DNA of 64,000 bases from Octopus vulgaris (lineage: Eukaryota), in NCBI GenBank assembly GCA_951406725.2, contig OX597820.1:106826001-106890000 (forward strand), in the 5' to 3' direction. The stretch's first letter is position 1, and each line of letters opens with the position of its first letter. The position numbers and the translations under genes are program-made. The notes under the pieces were generated by a model. It ran no database searches. It worked only from the letters and a program-made list of their open reading frames with translations, and had not been told where the DNA came from. Positions 37,015 to 50,349 of the stretch are shown in pieces.

Positions 37015-39746
37015 AACAAAAAAAAAATCCCTCTCCCAACCACATTAAAATGTTAGGTTTCATTAACGAAGAAAGGAACAACATGTTTATTGTTACCAGG
37101 GTTTAATATTATTTATTGAGGAAACAATTGCTAGGCTTACAAGATATCCGGGATTGTTTGCATATTCGCAACAAATGAGTAGCAGAACCCAACTACTTCT
37201 TCGTAGTTGGGTTCTGCTACGGCTGTGAGGAATACACTCTAAGAATATATTGTAAAGATGATACCTAACATTAATAGGACCTTAGGGGTTGTCTTAGTTT
37301 AGACATTACCTTACAGCTTCAGCGAGCTGTTCACTTGGATTCACTTTAAGATTTGCTGTTCTTACTAAGAATAGACATTCTCGACCAATTTCACTCATTT
37401 TTTTCTGATAGCTATTCTTAATTTTAAAGCAATTTTTATTTTTTGTACATACTTGTGCAGATAAATGCGTAACAAATAAGGTTATTCGTAGTAAATAATA
37501 CTTTATATACTTTTAGTTTGTCAAGTCTCCAATTATGATTGTCGAAGTTAGAAACTTAGTTTTCGGTTTATAATTAATATTTAGATTCGAACCTTTTTGA
37601 CTGATAGCAGATAAATAGATGACTTTAAATATGTATAAAGATTTAAGTCATGAACTCTATAAATTGTTTAATATCTTATTATATGTTGTTCTTAATTAAT
37701 TGGCAATTTTGCTTATATTTTGACTGTAGTGAAATATTTTAATTAGTTTTATCATCCTTCTGCAATTAATGAAAGTAACAATCAAATACTAGAGTTGATG
37801 GTATCGAATAACCCCCTCCCTTCAAAATTTCTGGCTGTGTGCCTAAATTTGAAAATAATTATTGAAGAAAATAGGAGCAACAATATTATTATTTTCCGTT
37901 TGGATCACCTGTAGCGAGTCTATGATCCAATATAGGTTCATTAATAGTGATTAAATCTATTGGCTACAGAATGTGTGCCAAAGTTAACGTAAAAAATTTG
38001 TAAACTTAAAGAACTAAGCTAACGTTTGGTTTTCCGAAAAAGTAGATATTTTCTCTCATCATTTTTTACTAACGTATTTCACCTTCTGTTTTTTGTTTTC
38101 TAAATATATTTTTATCGACTTAGATCATCAGTAATATTGAATTTCACGTCAGAATTAAGAGGACTTTTTTTCATGTAGATCTGGATTTTTAACGAGAGGA
38201 AATGAGATTATGCAACTTTCATGCAATTCTCAGAGGCATTAGACAAATATGATAAAAGTCATAGTTTTGACAAAGTAAAGCAATCACGGGCAAATAACAG
38301 TTCAAGTAATTAAATAATTAAATTGTAAATCACTTATCAACTGGCATTACACGGCTTGCACACAATGACAATGTTTTATAAACAAGGAAACAACTAAATT
38401 AGTCACTTATTGAAGTTTTTCTATGACTTTTTTTTTTCTTGAATTCAAATGAAACAACATACTTGAATGCGCAGTTTAGTTCGATAGGAAATCTATAAAG
38501 ATTGTTTTTGTCTTTTGATTACTAAGACAGTCTACTGCGCAGGGAAGTCTATTGTAATTTTTGGATGATGTATGTGTAGATGGCACGATCAACTTGGATT
38601 TTGGTCGTATTCAGATTGACATGAGAAGTAGACCAACTTAGAAAGTTGGTCTGCTTCTGGAATTTCAACATATTGAAATTTAACAACTAAGGTTATGGGT
38701 GGGTCTAATTTTGGCTTTTAGCCAGTTGATGTTTACATCTTCATGTGATCAGTAACCACAAAAATGCTGCAAGTAGAAAAATAATCTTGGAGCAATTTCA
38801 CAGTCTCTCTTTGACTCCATTTTAATATTTCTCTTGACAACCAAGATGTGGATGAAACCTCTGGAGTACTTCTCAATTTATTAACTCTTGCCGAAGTTAA
38901 ATAAAGGTGTGTGTATGCATCTTCATAATTATCATCATCATCATCATCATTATTTAACGTCCATTTTCCATGCAGGCATGGGTTGGACAGATTGACAGGA
39001 GCTGGCAAGTCGGTTTCTATGGCTGGATGCCCTTCCTAATGCCAACTACTTTACAGAGTGTATTCGGTGCTTTTTTACGTGTGGCACCAGCAGCAGTAAG
39101 GTTACCCAAATAACTTCTTGCAAGACTCCTCAATTGAGTGGGGAGTAGTATTGAGGGAAGTGGCTTTGTGCCAGGTGATGAGAAGTTAGAGTATGGATAG
39201 AGGGTCAGAAATAGGTGTCTTACAGTAAAAGAGATACATGGCTACGTCAGTAGGAGAGAGGTGGTGGTGAAGTGATGTGTTTAAATCTGTGTATACACGT
39301 CTTTTTGTACGCCATATATCATTAACATCGTTTCAACACCCACTTTTCCATGCTTGCATGGGTCAGACGAGATTCATAGAAACAAATCTTTTATGACCAG
39401 ATGCTCTTCCTCTCACCAACCCTCACCTGTTGCTATCTGAGATAATATTGCCTCTTGTCCTTTAAATGCAAATGGTACAAACGTTCAAAATGTTTTCATA
39501 GAAGATTACAGCAAAAAACATTGCTTGTGTAACAGTGACATTTGTTTACAACTTACATGCAATGTCAAGACAAGGGGATACACACATACATAACATACAT
39601 ATAGTGGTCTTCTTTCATCCTCCATCTACAAAATTCATTAACAAGTCTTTGATTGACCTGGAACTACAGTAAAAGACACTTGCCCAAGATATCACTGGGA
39701 CTGAACTCAAAAACATGTGGTTGCAGAGTGAACACTTTAACCACAC

Positions 39747-40968
39747 TGCCTGGAAGAGGTACCACAGATACCATCTTTCTAGTTAGGCAACTGCAGGGAA
39801 AGTACTTAGCTGAGAACAAGCTATTATATCTAGCATTCATTGACTTGCAGAAGGCCTTTGACAAAGTGCCATACTTGGTAATTTAGTGATGTCTAAAAAG
39901 ACTAGACATAGATGAATGGTATGCGAGGATTGTGCAAGCTGGTATAAAGATGTAGTTTGTAAAGTAAGAGTCAGTAATGAGTTCAGTAATAAATTTGAAT
40001 GTCCTTCATAGCTCAATCCTCAATCGCCTTCTTTTCATCATGTTTCTGTATGCCACCAACAAAAGAGTTAAAAACTGGATGTCTGTGGGGACTTCTATAT
40101 GCTTTTATGGAAGACTGTATAGAGGAATTTGAAGAAATTCCAAATAATACATAGCAAGAAGAGACCTCAAAATAAACTTAGCTTAGATAGGTTCCTTGCA
40201 CCCTCAAGGAAACAGCCTTGCATGATATGCAGAAAAGGAGCAACTCCCTATGTTATACTCAGTGTAAGCTATGGGTGCACAAGAGATATGGAATTACAGG
40301 CAGGTTAGCAAAGAAAGCAGACTTTGAATGTGACAGATGCACTGGAGCAATAAGCATTAAGTGCATGCTAGAAATTGATTCTCTTAAATGCCAGGCATCT
40401 AGGTGACATAATTAGCAGTGAATGTGGTCGCTCTTAAAGTACTGTAGGGAAGAATTAGCTGAAAAAGTTCAGGGAGTTATTACCTCTGCTGGTGACAAAG
40501 GCTTTCTCCTCCAGAGTAAAGGGCAGATTGTATGATCCATGTGTTCGAACTCCTGTATGGTAGTGAGATGTGGGCTTTGAATACAGAAGACCTGCAAAGA
40601 CAAAGAAGCTAGCATGCACTGATAGATGCATAATGTCAGTGTGCATTATGAGCTGTGAGAAAAATTGAGTATAAGGAGAATCGAGTATAGTGTGCAAGAG
40701 AGAAGATTGTTGGTATGGTCATATGATGTGTGTATGGAGGATGACTGCTGCATAAGGAAGTGCCATATGCTCCATGTTAGTGTAAGCTATGGAAGAGGGA
40801 GACCAAGGAAGACATGGAATGAAGTGATAAATGGTGACCCAAAGATGATGCATCTCACGGTGGCGGGGCTGACAAAGTACAGTATTAATTGACAGTAAGT
40901 AGATAAGTAGTGCTGCAGAAAATCCAACCAACCATGATGAAATGTGCATTGAAATGATGATAATGATA
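39747..40968 (+). mobile_element. Old, degenerate RTE-like LINE fragment in FLII intron 1
   Basis: PGRGTTDTIFLVRQLQ..YLAFIDLQKAFDKVP, PHD-like CKLWVHKR..CDRC, GRGRPRKTW; many lesions. Confidence 0.8.
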
Positions 40969-42308
40969 AAAGTTGGGATATCTATGTGTACATACTTACA
41001 TGTATGTGTGTATATGCATGTATATATATATGTTTATATGTGTGTGGATATATACATCATTAGCTTGCCCACCCTATATTTACTACCATCATTTATACCC
41101 CTCTCCTCTACCTGTTGACCACCTTCCTTTTTTCACACACCTCCCTATTCACTTCAATCTTCTCATCCCTCTATCACTCATACCCACCATCTCTTATCTC
41201 CCCACCATTTGTGAAGCTTACAAACTATAAATTGCTAGCCCCTATACCACTCTGTCACTACCTCTCCCCATTTTTTGCTAGGCTTATGTATGAGAGACTG
41301 TCCACTATCATTATTCTATAGATACCCACCTTCCCTCTTCCATCCCTCTACCCCCACTTCAGTCATCTCTCTATTGTTCATATCTCTCATCCTCACCACT
41401 CCCCCACAATCATTATCCTATCACTATCCATATCTCTTGTCTTACTACATGTGATGCTTTGCAACTTCTCTCACCGTTCCCCTCTCCAAAGTTTCTCTTC
41501 TATCTTAATACCATCTTGTCACTTTGGTCTACCCAGCATGAGGCCCATCCCTTGCTTTCATTGGCTCTCTCTGGATCATCACCACCTTGTCTATTCTCTC
41601 TTTTCCATGTTCCCTTTTGCCTTCATGCCTGCCACCTTTACTGTGGGACCTCAGTTTTGTGAACACCTCACATCACTAGCAAATCAATTTACAGTTTTTT
41701 TAACATAAAACATCCTGGGTGATGAATGGTGTCTCAAGTAATGACCATGCAAGGTGGCAACTATGGTTGGCAACAAGCTGGCAATATCACCAGGAGAATG
41801 TCAGTGTTTAGCTTTCACTCACTGCATGCCCCTGTCAGAATTCTCCATGCCTTCTCTTGAATTTCCTATAGGAAACATAGTTTCAGTTTATGAACAGTTT
41901 AGATGACAAATAGCCTTTAAGAACAAATTTAACTCATAAGCCAAAGTTCCATTGCACTCACCCTTATAACATAGGATAAGCTTAGACTCCTCCTCCCTAC
42001 ACAACCCATCTCATTACTCTTACCATCTAACCTCTGACACTTATCCCTACCTTAGTACAAAACCCGCAAATCATTGAGGAAGTTTATAGTCAATTGAATT
42101 AATCTTGTTTAATGGCTAGTTTATATTTTATTGAAACCTAGAAGATGAAAGCAGTCAGTCCTGGCAATGATATCAGTAAAGAAGGAGCTTTAAGCATCTT
42201 CTGGGTTTTTTTTTTGTTTATTTATTTTTTTGTACTTGTAGTTGGTTGCTCAAATTGATTTTGTTAATAAATATCCAGTGACCTTTAAATAATTTAAATA
42301 AAAAGTAG

Positions 42309-42732
42309 ATGCAAGCATAGCTGTATAGCAAGAAGCTTTCTTCCCAACCACATGGTTTTGGATTTGGTTTCACTCATTGTGCGGCACCTTGCATAAATGA
42401 CTTCTGCTATAGCTTTGGGCCAACCAAAGTCTTGTGAGTGGATTTGGCAGATGGAAACTGAAAGAGGCTCATTGTATATATACATATGTGTGTAGGTGTT
42501 ACAGTCTATTTACCTCAACTTTGCATGATAGTTTGTAAAATGTGTCACCTTCATGCAAGTGGTGATGTTCATTTACAGTCTTCTGTGAAAACATGTCTGG
42601 TTTTGGGGAAATATTACCTTATTTGGAAACAGGTGTGGGCTGGCAACAGGAAAAGCATCCAGCTGTAAAAAATCTGCCACACCAAATTCTGTCCAACCCA
42701 TGTGAGCATGGAATAGTGGATGTTAAGATGGT
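42309..42732 (+). mobile_element. Complete bipartite SINE: tRNA-like head, microsatellite linker, RTE-like 3' tail
   Basis: 3' part aggaaaagcatccagctgtaaaa...ccaacccatgtgagcatggaatagtggatgttaagatg resembles the RTE 3' end at 56150-56293. Confidence 0.7.
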
Positions 42733-42762
42733 CATATACATTATATATTTCTCTATTTTTGT

Positions 42763-43040
42763 GGGGATGAGGATTATGTACATTATTTACAATGTACGGA
42801 TAGGTGTCCTCACCTTGTTTGTTATTAACACAACATTTCGGCTGATGCACTCTCCAGCCTTCATCGGGTGTTCTGGTGGAATTTCAAACCCAACCCTTTA
42901 TTTGACTAATGGGGTACAGTGTTCTCATACCTAAGGTATGTCGCTGATGTTATTTTTCTGTTGATATTATATTTCAAGTCCCTGCCTTGGATTGAACTTA
43001 GAACCCGAGGGTTAGTAGCTTGTGCTCTTATCCACTACTA
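42763..43040 (-). mobile_element. tRNA-headed SINE carrying a degenerate minimal hammerhead motif
   Basis: Minus head gtagtggatataagagc...aagttcaatccaaggc (A/B-box like); hammerhead-like core at 42826-42872. Confidence 0.5.
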
Positions 43041-44794
43041 ACCCTTTTCTCCAACCAGACGACCTTCCTGTTGCTAACCCAGAAAATGCACACAATCCTT
43101 TGAAACCGGGTGTGATAATAAAAGTATTACACAATATAATTTGAAGTGTAAACCATAAACCTGTCATGCATGCACGCATGCATGCACACACATTCTCTCT
43201 CTTTCTCTCACTCTCTCTCTCTCAGGAAATAAAAATGTATACTTGCCTGTTAAAGAAGAGCCTGCTACTTCATAAAACAAGTTTCTACAAAAAAACAAAA
43301 TTGTTTCATAGGAAAGCATGAACTCCACCATAACATATTGTTACAATTTTTAATGCATGCATTGATAGTTAGGAGCAGCAGACATAGCTGCCTAGTTTAA
43401 GAAGCTCATTGTGGTTCCAGATGTAAGTCCACTATGTGCAGTATTTTGGACATGTCTTCAAACATAGTATTAAGTTAAACCAAACTCCCTGTTAGTGAAA
43501 ATGGTAAATGTAACTCATTGAGCATTTGGACACCATCACCCTAGGCTCTTTGGATTCCTTTGGTAGAGACTACTCTGTTACAAACATTTAGATTAGATCT
43601 CTGGCCTGAGAATAACTTATTGTAGCAACTCGTGAGTCATGGTTTCTTTCTCCTAGTTCCTGCTAGTCTTGAAGACTCTGCATATGGTTTCAGGCTGATT
43701 CCCACTGCATAGCACCTTTGGTAAACATCTATGATAGCCTTGGATCAACCAAAACCTTGTGAGTATTTTGGTAGACAGAAACTGAAAGAAGCTTATTGTA
43801 TATTTATTATATATATATATATAATTACATTGAGGATATTAAATCCTCTTAAAGGGATGTTACTATCCAGTGCTTCAGTGAAAATCCAAAGATTTAGTTT
43901 CACATTGATGGATATGTGTATATGAATATTCTTGTAAGAGAAAAAGAAAAACTGTAGATGTAAAGAATTTGATGTTATGCTGAATGGAATTTGTTCAAAT
44001 AAATTTCTCCCTTTTCTTTTCTCTTACAAGTGATATATATATATATACTGTATGAGTGTGTTTGTCTTCTTGTTTTGATAGCATGGGATATTCATAAATG
44101 AGCATCACCATTATACAGGCAGTTCTCTTTTTTTCCCATCTGTGAAAACATATCCAGCTATAATTACCTTGGTTGAAAGTTGGCAACAAGAACATCTGGT
44201 CATGGAAAATCTGCATTGACAACTTGCTTTGATCCTTACTAGCATGGAAAAGTAGATGTTAAAATAGTAATGGCAAGAGTACTTCTCTCATTCCCCCAAA
44301 AATTTTGGATGCTTTCAAATTTTAAAATTTCAGATAACAATTATCAACTGTATTTACTTCACTTATATCAATAGAAATAATATCCCATTTTAAATCATAT
44401 CAGACATACATTCTTGTATTAACTGATGTGAAAAGGATTGATGATCATGAAGGTAATGTTGATGGTGATGATGAAAATTACATCATTTCATTTTATAATT
44501 TTCTATATATCAGGAAAATGGTTGTTATTTTGGCCCTTGAATTCAATGTAAGCATATATATTCATAGAATTTCTCTGATGCCACTCAGCAAAGTAGAAAA
44601 CTTATTCATCAAATCAGTGAAAATGAGAACTATAATTCTTTCTATTTTAAGTGCAAGGCCTGAAATTTTGTGGGAGGGAGATAGTTGATTGCATTAACCC
44701 CTGTACTTGACTGGTACCTTATTGTATCGACTCTGTCCAAAACCAACCAGGGTGAGGGGATTTGGTAGGCAGATGCTGAAAAAGGCCTGTCATA

Positions 44795-44837
<43 letters not shown>

Positions 44838-45480
44838 TTGTGCATGTGAGTTAATGTCTTCTTGTCTTGACATCACATGATAGTTGTAAATGACCATCAT
44901 TATCACATGTGCAGTTGTCATTCCTTTCCAATTTTCCATGGAAACATGTTTGGCCACTGGGAAGCCAGGAAGTATTACCTCACTTGGAATCAGGTGCGGT
45001 TTGGTGACAGGAAGGGCATTGAGCCATACAGAACCTGCCACAGCTAATTCTGTCCAACCCATGCAAGTATGGAAAAGTGGACTTTAACATGATGATATTT
45101 TAGTTATAACTAAAATATATTCATGGAAAATAGTGATTTTTAAAAAAATGTTTTTATTCTTCAAATTTTAATATCATTTTTAGTCCCACTACTGCTAAAT
45201 AAATATATATTATTTTATGAAGATGCTGATTTTCAATGTAAATTCACTTTATGTAAAGTAGACAAGTTGAAATAATTAAATGAACACTTAATCCACTGTG
45301 ACTTTAACCCTTTAGAATTTAAAGCAGCTGTATCTGGCCAAGATATTGTTCCTATTTTATTTTCAAACTGGCCAGATCCAACCTCTCACACCTTCCCCAG
45401 AATGTTAGTCTAAAAAAATATGCAGTCACACAATCAAAATCTCAAAAGCTACAAAGTAATACTGGATAAATTCAAAACAA

Positions 45481-46528
45481 TCATCATCATCATCATCATC
45501 GTTTAGCGTCCGTTTTCCATGCTAGCATGAGTTGGACGGGTCAACTGGGGTCTGTGAATCTGGAAGGCTTCGTCAGGCCCAGTCAGATCTGGCAGTGTTT
45601 CTACGGCTGGATGCCCTTCCTAACGCCAACCACTCCGCGAGTGTAGTGGGTGTTTTTTACGTGCCACCTGCACAGGTGCCAGACAGAGCTGGCGAACGGC
45701 CACGAACGGATGGTGCTTTTACGTGTCACCGGCACGGGGCCAGGCGATGCTGGCAACGGACACGAACGGATGGTGCTTTTACGTGCCACCGACACGGGGC
45801 CAGACAGAGCTGGCAACCGGCCACGAACGGACGGTGCTTTTACGTGTCACCGGCACGGGGGCCAGCCGAGGCTGGCAACGGACGCGAACGGATGGTGCTT
45901 TTACGTGCCACCGACACGGTTGCCAGACAGAGCTGGCAAACGGCCACGAGCGGACAGTGCTTTTACGTGTCACCGGCACGGGGGCCAGCCGAGGCTGGCA
46001 ACGGACACGGACGGATGGTGCTTTTACGTGCCACCGACACGGGGCCAGACAGAGCTGGCAAACGGCTACGAATGGATGGTGCTTTTACGTGTCACCGGCA
46101 CGGGGGCCAGCCGAGGCTGGCAACGGACACGGACGGATGGTGCTTTTACGTGCCACCGACACGGGGCCAGACAGAGCTGGCAAACGGCCACGAACGGATG
46201 GTGCTTTTACGTGCCACCGACACGGGGCCAGACAGAGCTGGCAAACGGCTACGAATGGATGGTGCTTTTACGTGTCACCGGCACGGGGGCCAGCCGAGGC
46301 TGGCAACGGACACGGACGGATGGTGCTTTTACGTGCCACCGACACGGGGCCAGACAGAGCTGGCCAACGGCCACGAACGGACGGTGCTTTTACGTGTTAC
46401 TGGCACGGGGCGAGGCGAGGCTGGCAACGAACACGAACGGATGGTGCTTTTATGTGCCACCGACACGGGGCCAGGCAGAGCTGGCAAACGGCCATGAGCG
46501 AATGGTGCTTTTACGTATCACCGGCAAT
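45481..46528 (-). mobile_element. RTE 3'-UTR-only insertion with an expanded minisatellite
   Basis: (CAT)n tail at 45482-45500; 45500-45665 is the reverse complement of the RTE tail at 56115-56290. Confidence 0.85.
45650..46528. repeat. About 60-bp GC-rich minisatellite, about 15 units of two mostly alternating variants
   Basis: Core GGTGCTTTTACGTG followed by CCACCGACACGGGGCCAGACAGAGCTGGC or TCACCGGCACGGGGGCCAGCCGAGGCTGGC. Confidence 0.95.
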
Positions 46529-46580
46529 GTGGATAAATAAGTGTTAGATTTGATTGAATAATCTGAATGCTAAGAGTTAA

Positions 46581-46794
46581 ACCTTTTAACATTTCTGTTG
46601 AAATACACTGCTTTTGTTTCAATTAATTTTGAAAATCATGAAGAACTTAATAAAATATTTTAGTTTTATTAAGCTGGTATTTGGAACATGAATTCACATG
46701 AAATTTTGAGGGGAAAGTTTGTATTTACATCACTTAAACAAAAGCTTGCATCATGGAATTGTGGGTGATCTCAGAAAATTTGGCATCAAAAGGG
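46581..46794. mobile_element. piggyBac-type MITE (family 2) abutting family 1 at a shared TTAA
   Basis: TTAA at 46577-46580, ends CAAAAGGG|TTAA; homologous to 5058-5273. Confidence 0.55.
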
Positions 46795-46872
46795 TTAACC
46801 AATGTCATTTCACATTTGGTTTTTCAGTTTTCAAAAATTTGTATTTTGAAGTTCAATTATTTCTTTTTGCAG

Positions 46873-46983
46873 TGTGGTTCCTTCCCTTCTCAAGTGGCGG
46901 ATATGGCTGGTTTGAGATGGCTTCGTCTCAACAGAACCAGTTTAACTGAAGTCCCAGAAGAAATTAATAATTTGAAAAAATTG
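46873..46983 (+). CDS. FLII: flightless-I exon 2
   Basis: CGSFPSQVADMAGLRWLRLNRTSLTEVPEEINNLKKL; ag/gt boundaries; phase 0-0. Confidence 0.95.
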
Positions 46984-47100
46984 GTATGTGTCAAAATCTT
47001 TCTATATTTTAAAGTTTTTCATTTATCTCTTTGCATTTATAGTAATATTTTAAAATCTGTATTGAAATATTTCAATGAAGTTGCATTTATATTTCTTTAG

Positions 47101-47253
47101 GAACATTTATCTGTATGTAGGAACCAAATCAATGAACTAAGTCTTAAGCTTGGTGAGTTAAAGTCTTTGCGCTCCCTTGTCTTTCATCACAACAAACTTT
47201 CGGACAGTGGTATTCCTGACTCCGTTTTTAGCTCTCAGGAACTAACAGTTGTG
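47101..47253 (+). CDS. FLII: flightless-I exon 3
   Basis: EHLSVCRNQINELSLKLGELKSLRSLVFHHNKLSDSGIPDSVFSSQELTVV; phase 0-0. Confidence 0.93.
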
Positions 47254-47870
47254 GTAAGTATCGAGTGTAGTTTTTGATTTTATATGTGCATGTATATAAT
47301 TACACAAAAAAATATACTGCAAATTATCTCACTATAATAATAGCCAATATAAATGTTGGCTGATTGGTTTTTCCAGTCACACTTTACATTGTATAAAGAG
47401 AGTAAATGAGAGCTAGAGGGAGAGTTAGCATAAAAGCTGCAGGATAAGTCACTGGATAGTTGTTCAACATGCTAGAAATAGCAACTAAATTTCTTCAAAT
47501 TACATCCTACTGTCTTTAAAAAGGATTAACACATTGGACAATACAATCCTTGGTATACAAGACTCAGATGGTCATGGATGAATGCAGTAAGCCTGCTTGA
47601 TTAGAACTGATTTAGTGCAAAACAAAACAACATCCAGCATTTATATTTTATTCTTTTAGTCATTTGACTGTGGCTATGCTGGAGCACCACCTTGAAGGGA
47701 TTTTTTTAGTAAAAAAAATCGACCCTAGGACTTATTTCTTGAGCTTAGTACTTATTCTAATAGCCACTTTTGCTGAATCGCTAAGTTATGGGCACATACA
47801 CACACCGACACTGGTTGTTGAGCAGTAAGTGGTGGGGACAAAGAAAGACACACACACACACACATATATA

Positions 47871-47937
<67 letters not shown>

Positions 47938-48205
47938 TTGAGTGGCTTTAGCTTAGAGGAGAAGGACAATGTTATTCCAATGTTTTGTGTTGAAACCATA
48001 CTGATATCCATTTAGGCAGCTGAAGATGGAATGTTTGTTATATATTTTTTGTTGTGAACCTTTTGTATTCTCATTGTTTTGAAGTTGTCATCCAATGAGA
48101 ATTTTGTTCCATTAAGAGCAAAACTTGTCCAAGGAATTTATATGTTGTGGTGTTTTTGCTGTATGCATGTGTGTGTATTATATTATTTATTTTTTTCTCT
48201 TATAG

Positions 48206-48291
48206 GATCTGAGCCATAATAATTTAGTGGAAGTTCCAGAACAGTTGCAAAATGTTAAAGGTTTATTAGTTTTGAATCTTAGCCATAATGA
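48206..48291 (+). CDS. FLII: flightless-I exon 4
   Basis: DLSHNNLVEVPEQLQNVKGLLVLNLSHN; phase 0-2. Confidence 0.93.
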
Positions 48292-48572
48292 GTAAGTATA
48301 TTTGTATTGAAACGGTTTAAGTGATCTCTTTATGTAATCATGTATGTTTTGAGTTTGAAAATAATTACATAACCTTCTAACAACCATTCACATAATATAT
48401 TTGCATAAATCATATCTTTTTATATGGATTATGCATATACAATCTCATACATCTTATCCTTGCCTTTCTTGCTGTGTTGTTATTCTCATTTTGAACTAAT
48501 ATTTCCATAGTATAAGTGTAATTAAATATCATTATAAAGAAGAAACTCACCAGTCTCTATATTATCTTCCAG

Positions 48573-48649
48573 AATTGAGAACATACCAAATCTTCTATTT
48601 GTTAATTTGATTGAACTTATTTACTTGGATCTCAGTAACAATAATTTAG
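48573..48649 (+). CDS. FLII: flightless-I exon 5
   Basis: (E)IENIPNLLFVNLIELIYLDLSNNNL; phase 2-1. Confidence 0.93.
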
Positions 48650-49061
48650 GTATGTATTAAGTTTTTAAGTTAATGAAAGTGATGATGAGATAGATATGAG
48701 TTTGTGTGTGTGCTCACGTCCTCTGCATCATGCAACAATTGTAAGCAAGCATCACTGTCATACAAACTGTTGTTTCCAATCTTTCCTAAAAATACATGTG
48801 GCCACAGGGAAATATTACCTTGCTTGGAAACAGGTAAGTGTTAGTGACAAGAAGGATATCCAGCTGGAGGAAATCTGTCAAAAAATTACATCTGACCCAT
48901 GCAACCATGATAAAGTGGGTGTTAAAATGATAACTTATATTTTAAACACAGATGTGTATTTGACATGCTGAACATATATTTATATGTTCTTTTTGATATT
49001 GATATTCCTTTGATGAACTATTGATTATCTTAAAAAGTACTTAAGTGTTTTATAAATATCT

Positions 49062-50133
49062 GAAAATGTACAGAAAATAGATTCCATCAACTGCCAGGGG
49101 GATAAAGTAGAGGCAGTTGATAGCTTTTGTTATCTAGGTAATCATGTTAGTAGCCGAGTTGGGTGCTTTGAGAGAGTAGCTGTGAGAATAAGATTAGGCT
49201 GGGCAAAGTTGAGAGAGCTCCTACCTCTGCTGACAACAAAGGGCCTCTTCCTCAGAGTGAAAGGCAGATTGTATGATGCCTGTGTATGAACAGCTATGCT
49301 ACATGGCAGTGAAACATGGTCAGTGACAGCCAAGGACATGCATAGGCTTAAAAGAAATTAAGCCAGCATACTTCACTGGATGTGCAATGTCAGTGTACAT
49401 GTTTGACAGAGTGTAAGCATCTTGAGAGAAAAGTTAGGCATAAGAGGCTTCAGATGTGGTGTGCAAGAGAGATGACTGTGCTGGTATGGTCATGTGATGT
49501 GTATGGACGAGGACAGTTGTGTAAAGAAGTGTGGATCTCTAACTGTAGAAGGTACCTGTGGTAGAGGTAGACCCAGGAGTACATGGGACGAGGTGGTGAA
49601 GCATAATTTTTGAAGTTTGGGACTCACAGAGGCAATGACTGGTGACAGAGACCTTTGACAATATGCTGTGCTTGAGAAGACCTGTCGATCCAAGTGAAAT
49701 TGTAGTCATGGCTGATGTTAGTGTCATGTAACTGGCACCCATGTTGGTGGCATGTAAAAAGCACCTTTTGAACATTAGGCCTCACAGAGGTAAATTAGCT
49801 GATGCTAGTGACACATGAAAAACTCCTTTCAAGTATTGTGCTTCATGGAGGCAATGACTGAGACCTTTGGATTATGTCATGCTTGAGAAGACCCATCAAA
49901 CTAAGTAAAATCACAGTTGTGGCAGATACTGCTGTCACACAAATGGCACCTGTGCTGGTGGCATGTAAAAGCACCTATTACACTCTTGGAGTGGTTGGTG
50001 TTAGGAAGGGCATCCAGCCAAAGAAACCAAGCCAAATCAGACTGGAGTCTGGTGAAGCCTTCCAGCTTGCCAGCACTGGTCAAACCATCCAACCCATGCC
50101 AGCATGGACGATGAACATTAAATGATGATGATG
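49062..50133 (+). mobile_element. 5'-truncated RTE-like LINE in FLII intron 5
   Basis: Homologous to 55180-56293; (GAT)n tail at 50122-50133. Confidence 0.85.
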
Positions 50134-50264
50134 ATCTCTTAGACCTAAATGTCTGTTTACTGTTTTGAGAAAATATCCTCATTCTGACAATTGCTTAAAA
50201 AAAAAGAAGAAATTTTGTTTCAGTTAAAAAAAAAAAAAAAAGTGTTCTAACTCTCTAATTGCAG

Positions 50265-50349
50265 AGACTCTTCCACCCCAGATACGACGCCTAACAAGTT
50301 TACAAACTTTGAAACTGAACAACAATCCTTTAATTCATGCTCAGCTGCG
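50265..50349 (+). CDS. FLII: flightless-I exon 6
   Basis: (E)[27 protein letters not shown](R); phase 1-2. Confidence 0.95.

Larger units (their letters stand above)
45308..46576. mobile_element. piggyBac-type MITE (family 1) interrupted by an RTE 3' fragment
   Basis: TTAA|CCCTTTAG at 45304-45315, resumes after about 46530 and ends CTAAGAG|TTAA. Confidence 0.6.

Noticed and set aside
45650-46528. CRISPR-like regular repeat
   Set aside because: No unique spacers, no cas genes, eukaryotic intron; it is a tandem minisatellite.
45532-46547. Three overlapping long ORFs (321, 296, 274 aa) on the plus strand
   Set aside because: Artefact of a stop-free minisatellite of about 60 bp in an RTE 3' UTR; all three frames give the same permuted peptide.
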